Made by a program: the position numbers and the translations under genes. Of a stretch of DNA of 64,000 bases, positions 55,458 to 64,000 are shown one piece after another; the first letter of the stretch is position 1; every line of letters begins with the position of its first letter. Source of the DNA: Lingula anatina (Eukaryota > Animalia > Brachiopoda). The stretch covers positions 10,106,001 through 10,170,000 of the forward strand of contig CM120649.1 of assembly GCA_051362555.1 (NCBI GenBank). The letters are read 5' to 3'. Below the pieces are notes generated by a model. It was not told the DNA's origin. It saw only the letters and a list, made by a program, of their open reading frames with translations, and did no database searches.

Positions 55458-55577
55458 GCATATATATCTATATGTATTTATCTATGTATGTGTGTCCGCT
55501 TATTTACACCTGGACATGTAGTTTCTCCTTTATAGATATAGGCGGTCTTGTTTTTCAAAAATTTTTTTTTGTATTTT

Positions 55578-55582
<5 letters not shown>

Positions 55583-55624
<42 letters not shown>
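55583..55624 (+). repeat. ~42-nt poly(A) tract within the Ngaro 3' region
   Basis: Directly visible. Confidence 0.95.
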
Positions 55625-55626
<2 letters not shown>

Positions 55627-55879
55627 TTAACGGGATGGGTCACCATTTTATTACCTTTTACCCTATTGGGCTCCCCTATTTTTATTCATGGTTGCCAGTT
55701 TCTATTCCTTCCCCCCAATTCAACTGTACCTTTTCTTTCTAGGATGTGGATTTGCAGTTACACACTAAATTTTTATTTAGTAGCACATAGTTCAGATGTC
55801 AGATCGAATGTGGTTTATCATTCCAATCTTTAACAAGCACTCCTCGGTTGGCGGGGATGTGAGCTTCTCTCACATCTTA

Positions 55880-56955
55880 TGGCCTTTTTTATTTTTATTT
55901 GTGCCAACTTTTTGCTCCTTAAGCTGTTGTTATTACTTATAATTTTCTTCATTAATTTGGTTACACTTATTACACTTTATTAATTTTATATTATGGCACT
56001 TATATAGTTGGGGAGATGTTATATTATCTCCCCAGTTTTGTAACTACGTATTTTATTAGCTTCGTCATTAATAAATGACAATTATCAATCATATGGACTT
56101 TTCTTATTTACTTTGGAGCAAAAACAGAGCTTCGTTGTGCTTGTTAACATTTGGCTACATAAAACTACAATTAAGATAATTAATTGTATTTATGTAGGAA
56201 ATGGTTTGTTTTTAGTGGTGGTAATAGCTTTGTTGGTAATCCATCTACGCTTTGTTTATAGGAAGTAGTCTGGGTTTAGGTCTTGTGTCTGCACATTTTG
56301 ATCTTAAGTAGTTGACCAAGGCAAGGTGATAACAGATGTCCAGGGTCAAATTGTCTTAGCTGCTGTGTATCTAGGCACACAGTTAATTTTATATGAGTTT
56401 TAGGAAACTACTTCTTGCGAGCTGCATTAGCGAGAAGTCATTCAGCCTTTTAGCTGCGATGATATGTACACGCAATTTCAGCAGCTTCACAGTATTATAA
56501 TTTCTTGCGTTTCTTTATTTTAATTTTACACCCTCCGCCATCCCCTGTCACCTGCCTTGTGTTGTCTTTATATATATATATATATATATATATATTTTTT
56601 TGCATTTGTTGAAGCCTTTGATTTTCATTTATGCCAGCCTTTGGCTCTTACAGCTGTTGTTATTTCTTATAATTTGGCCTTTTTTATTTTTATTTGTGCC
56701 AACTTTTTGCTCCTTAAGCTGTTGTTATTACTTATAATTTTCTTCATTAATTTGGTTACACTTATTACACTTTATTAATTTTATATTATGGCACTTATAT
56801 AGTTGGGGAGATGTTATATTATCTCCCCAGTTTTGTAACTACGTATTTTATTAGCTTCGTCATTAATAAATGACAATTATCAATCATATGGACTTTTCTT
56901 ATTTACTTTGGAGCAAAAACAGAGCTTCGTTGTGCTTGTTAACATTTGGCTACAT
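55880..56955 (+). repeat. Split direct repeats B1 (55880-56160), A2 (56161-56530), 144-bp spacer, B2 (56675-56955)
   Basis: Direct sequence identity by eye; B contains hairpin TGGGGAGAT...ATCTCCCCA. Confidence 0.93.
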
Positions 56956-59900
56956 AAAGTATTTTCTTTGTACAATATATAAGAGAAAACTCAAAATTAC
57001 ACTGAAAAGAAGTTGGCAAATTTCATGACTTAAAATAGTTAAATGTTAATAATTTTGTCAAATCTCATCCAATGTTTATAAAATCTGTACAAATGATGCT
57101 TGACAACAATAAAAGTCTGTGGAAAACTGATCAGTTGTCAGTGTCAAATGAAAAGTATTCTTTGGGGCAATTTATTTTGGAAAACAGAAAACTACCACAA
57201 AAACACTGGCAAATTCCATGGCTCAAAATAGTTAAATGTTAATAATTTTGTCAAATCTTGTCCTATACTTCTGAAATTTGCACAAATGATGCTAAACAGC
57301 AATAAAAATCTGTGATAAGCTAATCAGTTGACTGTGTTTTTTTAAGTGCCCAGTTTATTGGAAATTGATAATCAGAAGTGTGAGAATTGACCAAAAGAAA
57401 TATTTCAATATTGCAATGTATTATTCGCTATCAAAGAAAACAGCAAATGTGATGATTTGAATTTGTTTGTGTAGGAGGTTCCAAGTTACCTATAACTGTC
57501 ATCTGGAAAACAATATACACCCATACAAGACTTCTCCTTACTATCAATGTCAGATGCAGATTACTCCTCACAATGGGTTTCTGGAATGGATTGTTGTTAG
57601 CACAATATTTGACAATATCCTAAATCTTGCACATGTCATGTATTGTACACATGAATAAGACCTAGTTCTGCTCTTGCTGCTGTCTTTCACTGCCTGCTTT
57701 TTCATGGTAAGGGTACTCTGGAAAGAAAGAACAATAAACTTCAGAAAACTGAAAATTACACTGAAAAAACTGGCAAAACCCATGACTTAAAATAGTTAAA
57801 CATTAATAGTTTTGTCAAATCTTGTCCAATATTTCTGATATTTTAACAAATGATGCTTGACATCAATGAAAATCTGTGATAATCTGATCAGTTGGCTGTG
57901 TGTCTAATGAAAAGTATTTTCTATGGACGATATATTTGAGAAAAATTAAAATTAAACTGAAAACACTGGCAAATTCCATGACTTAAAATAGTTAAATGTT
58001 AATAATTTTGACAAATCTTGTCCAATATTTCTGAAATTTGCACAAATGATGCTTAACAACAATAAAAATCGGTGATAAGCTGATCAGTTGACTGTGTCCA
58101 ATGAAAAATATTTTCTTCGGACGATATATTAGAGAAAACTCAAAATTACACTGAAAAAAAGTTGGCAAATTTCATGACTTAAAATAGTTAAATGTTAATA
58201 ATTTTGTCAAATCTCATCCAATGTTTATAAAATCTGTACAAATGATGCTTAACAACAATAAAAGTCTGTGAAAAGCTGATCAGTTGTCAGTATCCAATGA
58301 AAGGTATTCTTTGGGGCAATATATTTCGGAAAACAGAAAACTACCACAAAAACACTGGCAAATTCCATGGCTCAAAATAGTTAAATGTTAATAATTTTGA
58401 CAAATCTTGACCAATATTTCTGAAATTTGCACAAATGATGCTTAACAACAATAAAAATCGGTGATAAGCTGATCAGTTGACTGTGTCCAATGAAAAATAT
58501 TTTCTTCGGACGATATATTAGAGAAAACTCAAAATTACACTGAAAATAAGTTGGCAAATTTCATGACTTAAAATAGTTAAATGTTAATAATTTTGTCAAA
58601 TCTCATCCAATGTTTATAAAATCTGTACAAATGATGCTTAACAACAATAAAAGTCTGTGGAAAGCTGATCAGTTGTCAGTGTCAAATGAAAAGTATTCTT
58701 TGGGGCAATATATTTCGGAAAACAGAAAACTACCACAAAAACACTGGCAAATTCCATGGCTCAAAATAGTTAAATGTTAATAATTTTGTCAAATCTTGTC
58801 CAATACTTCTGAAATTTGCACAAAAGATGCTAAACAACAATAAAAATCTATGATAAGCTAATCAGTTGACTGTGTTTTTTTTTTTAAGTGCCAAGTTTAT
58901 TGGAAATTGATAATCAGAAGTGTGAGAATTGACCAAAACAAATATTTCAATATTGCAATGTATTATTTGCTATCAAAGAAAACAGCAAATGTGATGATTT
59001 GAGTTTGTTTGTGTAGGAGGTTGCAAGTTACCTATAGCTGTCATCTGGAAAACAATATATATCCATACAAGACTCCTCCTTACTATCAATGTCAGATGCA
59101 GATTACTCCTCACAATGAGTTTCTGGAATGGATTGTTGTTAGCACAATATTTGACATATTTATCCTAAATCTTGCCACATGTCATGTATTGCACACATGA
59201 ATAAGACCTAGTTCTGCTCTTGCTGCTGTCTTTCACTGCCTGCTTTTTCATGGTAAGGGTACTCTGGAAAGAAAGAACAATAAACTTCAGAAAACTGAAA
59301 ATTACACTGAAAAAACTGGCAAACCTCATGACTTAAAATAGTTAAACGTTAATAATTTTGCCAAATCTTGTCCAATATTTCTGATATTTTAACAAATGAT
59401 GCTTAAGATCAATAAAAATCTGTGATAATCTTATCAGTTGACTGTGTGTCTAATGAAAAGTATTTTCTATGGACGATATATTTGAGAAAAATTAAAATTA
59501 AACTGAAAACACTGGCAAATTCCATGACTTAAAATAGTTAAATGTTAATAATTTTGACAAATCTTGTCCAATAGTTCTGAAATTTGCAAAAATAATGCTT
59601 AACAACAATAAAAGTCTGTGAAAAGCTGATCAGTTGTCAGTATCCAATGAAAAGTATTCTTTGGGGCAATATATTTCGGAAAACAGAAAACTACCACAAA
59701 AATACTGGCAAATTCCATGGCTCAAAATAGTTAAATGTTAATAATTTTGACAAATCTTGACCAATATTTCTGAAATTTGCACAAATGATGCTTAACAACA
59801 ATAAAAATCGGTGATAAGCTGATCAGTTGACTGTGTCCAATGAAAAATATTTTCTTCGGACGATATATTAGAGAAAACTCAAAATTACACTGAAAAAAAG

Positions 59901-60580
59901 TTGGCAAATTTCATGACTTAAAATAGTTAAATGTTAATTATTTTGTCAAATCTCATCCAATGTTTATAAAATCTGTACAAATGATGCTTAACAACAATAA
60001 AAGTCTGTGGAAAGCTGATCAGTTGTCAGTGTCAAATGAAAAGTATTCTTTTGGGCATTATATTTCGGAAAACAGAAAACTACCACAAAAACACTGGCAA
60101 ATTCCATGGCTCAAAATAGTTAAATGTTAATAATTTTGCCAAATCTTGTCCAATATTTCTGATATTTTAACAAATGATGCTTCAGATCAATAAAAATCTG
60201 TGATAATCTGATCAGTTGACTGTGTGTCTAATGAAAAATATTTTCTATGGACGATATATTTGAGAAAAATTAAAATTAAACTGAAAACACTGGCAAATTC
60301 CATGACTTAAAATAGTTAAAAGTTAATAATTTTGACAAATCTTGTCCAATGTTTCTGAAATTTGCACAAATGATGCTTAACAACAATAAAAATCGGTGAT
60401 AAGCTGATCAGTTGACTGTGTGTCTAATGAAAAGTATTTTCTATGGACAATATATTTGAGAAAAATGAAAATTAAATTGAAAACACTGGCAAATTCCAAG
60501 ACTTAAAATAGTTAAATGTTAATAATTTTGACAGATCTTGTCCAATTTTTCTGAAATTTGCACAAATGATGCTTAACAAC

Positions 60581-62415
60581 AACAAGGCAGCAAAGCTGTC
60601 AAATGTACAGACAAAAAGCAGGAAATAACTATGCACAAAATAGGCTACTGTCAATTCTGATGCAAAAGTACATTATGTTAAACTACAAATTCAACATCAA
60701 ATTTTAATTATGCTCAATAGGTAATACCAATGTAAGTAAAATGTGTAACAAGCATAAGGCTTCAGGCCCATGGGAGTTCAAGTTCGCACTTTGAAAATGT
60801 ATAACTTCCAGAAAAAGAAGCCAATTAGACTGTTTTTTCAACTCAGGCTGCATTTTTAGTCCTGTATTTCTTTTTTTGAAAGTTTGGCAATCATAAGTAA
60901 CATGGTTTTCCCATAATGGTCATCATGGCAGCAGCACCCAAAATTGTGTTTTCTTCTATTCTGATGCAATATTACATAATGGTTAACAGCATAATGACCG
61001 TCAATTTTTAATAATAAAATATACGTATCATGTATTTTCAGAAAATGTGACTAGCATGGGTATTCAAGCCTGTGGAACTTCAAAGTTTCACCTTGAAAAT
61101 GCCAATATGTGAAAAATTAAAGTTTCACAAAAAAACTGTTTAACTGGCAGTAAGAATTACCAAACAGATTGCATTGCCTACTGAAGCTGTATTTTAGTCC
61201 CAGGTTTCTTTCCTGTAAGTTTGAGAACAGTAAGCGACATGGTTTTTCTGAAATGGTCATCATGGGAGCAGTGCCCAAAATATGTTTTTTTCAAATTTTG
61301 ATGCAATATTACATAATGTTTAACAGCATAATGACCATCAACTTTTATTAATAAAATATTAGTATTATGGATATTCAGATAATGTGATTAGCAAAGGTCT
61401 TCAGGCCCATGGAACTTCAAAGTCAAAACTTGAAAATGCCAAAATGTAAACAAGACAGCACTGTTCTGAAATGTTTTTTCCCCATTTTTAACAATTTTTA
61501 ACATAAAACAAAATTAACAGTTTACTGCCATTTTTATATGATCAACTAAGAAAATTGATGAGATGGGAATAATGTCAATAGAGCAGTGTTAAATGTCCAA
61601 TTTCTTCCATTCTGAGATTCTGAACATAGTGAATGATTGAATCTGACAAACTGCAATGATATGAGTTTATTTCCATTTTTGACACTTTATTACACAAGAC
61701 ACGATAACAAGTTTACCATAATTTTTACATAATCAACTAACAATATTGTAAAGATGCAGGAAATGTCAAACAAACACTTTTACGTATCTTATTAGTTCAA
61801 TAATAAGACTGTTAACTTGCCTAAGAATTGAATCTCAGGAAATGTGAAAAAACAGCATAACTTCTAAAATAATGGCCCGATAATGCTGATTTTCGAACTC
61901 AACCTGCGTTTTAGTAAGATTGACCACTCCTGTGAGTTTAATGACAATTGGCCTATCTGTTTTTCCTATATTGTGTTTACAGTGTTGCATATATGCTGAA
62001 AAAGGAAAAAATCAGCATAACTACTAAAATAGTGGCCCGCTCATGCCGATTTTCGAACTTGTCCTGCGTTTTAGTAAGATTGATTACTCCTGTGAGTTTC
62101 ATGACAACAGGCTTAACGGTTTTCCTTTAAATGTGTTTACAGGGTTGTATATATGCTGAAAAGTGAAAAAACAGCATAACTTCTACTATAATGGCCCGAT
62201 CATGCTGATTTTCGAACTTGACCTGCGTTTTATGAATATTCATCAGCTCTGTAAATATAAAAGCAAAAAATAAAACTGTGTTCCACTTATCGTGTTTACA
62301 AGGAAAGTGCACGGCATCGGCATCGGCATCAGCATCGGCATCGCCATCGGCGACGACGGCGACGACAGACGCAGGTGATGGCAATATGTACAGACACATC
62401 TGTGTCTGTACATAA
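60581..62415 (-). mobile_element. Non-autonomous derivative (HINE) of the 16905-45143 Helentron family
   Basis: 62415 end is the inverted 5' palindrome plus (ATCGGC)n. The 60581 end, AACAAGGCAGCAAAGCTGTCAAATGTACAGACA, is the reverse complement of 45110-45142. 60581-61112 matches 44643-45143, and the remainder matches 16905-19105. Confidence 0.92.
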
Positions 62416-63269
62416 GGTGATAATCTGATCAGTTGACTGTGTGTCTAATGAAAAGTATTTTCTATGGACAATATATTTGAGAAAAATGAAAATTAAATTG
62501 AAAACACTGGCAAATTTCATGACTTAAAATAGTTAAACGTTAATAATTTTGTCAAATCTCATACAATGTTTCTAAAATCTGTACAAATGATGCTTAACAA
62601 CAATAAAAGTCTGTGATAAGCTAATCAGTTGACTGTGATTTTTTAAGTGCCAAGTATATTGGAAATTGATAATCAGAAGTGTGAGAATTGACAAATATTT
62701 CAATATTGCAATGTATTATTTACTAAAAAAAAAAAAAAAAAAAAACACTAAATGTGATTATTTGACTTTGTTTGTGTAGGAGGTTGCAAGTTACCTATAG
62801 CTGTCATCTGGAAAACAATAAACAATATATACCCACACAAGACTCCTCCTTACTATCAATGTCAGATGAAGATTACTCCCCACAATGGGTTTCTGGTATA
62901 GGCTGTTGTTAGCACAATATTTGACAATGTGTATTGTACACATGGATAAGACAGTGCTGCTCTTGGTGCTGTCTTTCACTGCCTGCTTTTTCATGGTAAG
63001 GGTACTCTGAAAAAGAACAATATAACTGAGAAAATTGAAAATTACATTGAAAAGACTGGCAAATTGCATGACTTAAAATAGTTATACATTAATAATTTTG
63101 TCAAATCTGGTCTAATGCTTCAGAAATTTGTACAAATTAAGCTTTATACTACAGCACTACTGATTTAAAAAAATCACTGAAATATTAAAAGATCCACAAT
63201 ACAATATGATCTACGGAAGAGCATTTAATAAATGAATATTATGTTGTTACTTGACCATTTTGAAAATTA

Positions 63270-63830
63270 ATCTGGAGTCAATGTGTTCCATTGTATCAGT
63301 ATAGTTCTGTGCCTCCTAGTACAGTGTAGTATTCATGAGTCATTGTGTTCCATTGTGGCAGTATATGTAGTCCTGTGCCTCCTAGTACAGTGAAGTAGTC
63401 ATGACTCATTGTGCTCCATTGTGGCAATTTAGTCCTGTGCCTCCTAGTACAGTGAAGTAGTCTGGAGTCATTGTATTCCATTGTGTCAGTATAGTCCTGT
63501 GCCTCCTAGTACAGTGTAGTAGTCTGGAGTCATTGTGTTCCATTGTGGCAGTATAGTTCTGTGTCTCCTAGTACAGTGTAGTAGTCTGGAGTCATTGTAT
63601 TCCATTGTGTCAGTATAGTCCTGTGTCTCCTAGTATAGTGTAGTAGTCTGGAGTCATTGTGTTCCATTGTGTCAGTATAGTCCTGTCTCCTAGTACAGTG
63701 TAGTCTGGAGTCATTGTATTCCATTGTGTCAGTATAGTCCTGTGTCTCCTAGTATAGTGTAGTAGTCTGGAGTCATTGTATTACATTGTGGCAGTACAGT
63801 CTTATGTCTCTTAGTACAGTGTAGTAGACT
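63270..63830. repeat. ~62-bp minisatellite, ~9 units
   Basis: TCTGGAGTCATTGTGTTCCATTGTGGCAGTATAGTCCTGTGCCTCCTAGTACAGTGTAGTAG at 63461, 63523, 63585 and onward. Confidence 0.95.
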
Positions 63831-64000
63831 TAAGTCAGATGATGGACTGGAAGAGATAACAAACTCAGTGGTCAGGAATTTTCCACAAAAAGTTCAAGAG
63901 TCTGAGAGTATTGACAATTTATTACTTTCGTTCAACAAAAAAAAAACGTGAATGAATGTGTAAAAAAAATTATCTTACAAAATAAAGTGTTGTTGTTGGT

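Larger units (their letters stand above)
50499..56958 (+). mobile_element. Ngaro-type tyrosine-recombinase (DIRS-order) retrotransposon with split direct repeats A1-ORFs-B1-A2-B2
   Basis: A1 50500-50869 = A2 56161-56530; B1 55880-56160 = B2 56675-56955. ORFs gag, RT/RH (no methyltransferase domain) and YR. The host satellite GTCTAA..|AAAGTATTTTC is interrupted. Confidence 0.95.
46965..63130. repeat. Complex satellite array: ~194-bp monomers (variants alternating as a ~389-bp dimer) plus a recurring ~450-bp spacer module; interrupted by three TE insertions
   Basis: TGATCAGTTG anchor at 58081, 58277 and 58470. The spacer module (…GTAGGAGGTTGCAAGTTACC…CAGATGCAGATTACTCC…) recurs at ~47265, 49540, 57335, 58875 and 62635. 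Confidence 0.92.

Noticed and set aside
55548-55742. Poly-lysine ORF
   Set aside because: Translation of the poly(A) tract.
63270-63830. CRISPR-like array or repetitive protein gene (ORFs 63296-63481, 63530-63724)
   Set aside because: 62-bp unit is not a multiple of 3 and has no spacers; the ORFs are repeat artefacts.

Overview
AT-rich animal genomic DNA (probably a marine invertebrate such as a mollusc; this is inference from TE content and tRNA type). It has no recognisable intact host gene and consists mostly of nested mobile elements. The centrepiece is a ~28-kb Helentron (16905-45143, +) with both termini visible. It carries one uninterrupted 2840-aa ORF: repeat arrays, Zn finger, OTU protease, HUH Rep, PIF1 helicase and APE endonuclease. 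Its upstream region holds tandemly repeated non-coding exon-like units and a four-level nest of TIR elements, and an intact Mag-type Gypsy LTR retrotransposon sits in its 3' part. Downstream, a ~194-bp satellite array (~46.97-63.1 kb) has received three insertions: a 5'-truncated L2 LINE, an Ngaro-type tyrosine-recombinase retrotransposon with split direct repeats, and a 1.8-kb non-autonomous derivative of the same Helentron. The Ngaro copy has a frameshifted gag and a mutated RT active site, but a predicted in-frame splice would still yield a Gag-N/YR fusion. The left part has the 3' end of an RTEX-like LINE, minisatellites, Harbinger-type MITEs, a second small Helentron-type (HINE) family, and a 6-14 kb interval with decayed tRNA-like and exon-like remnants.
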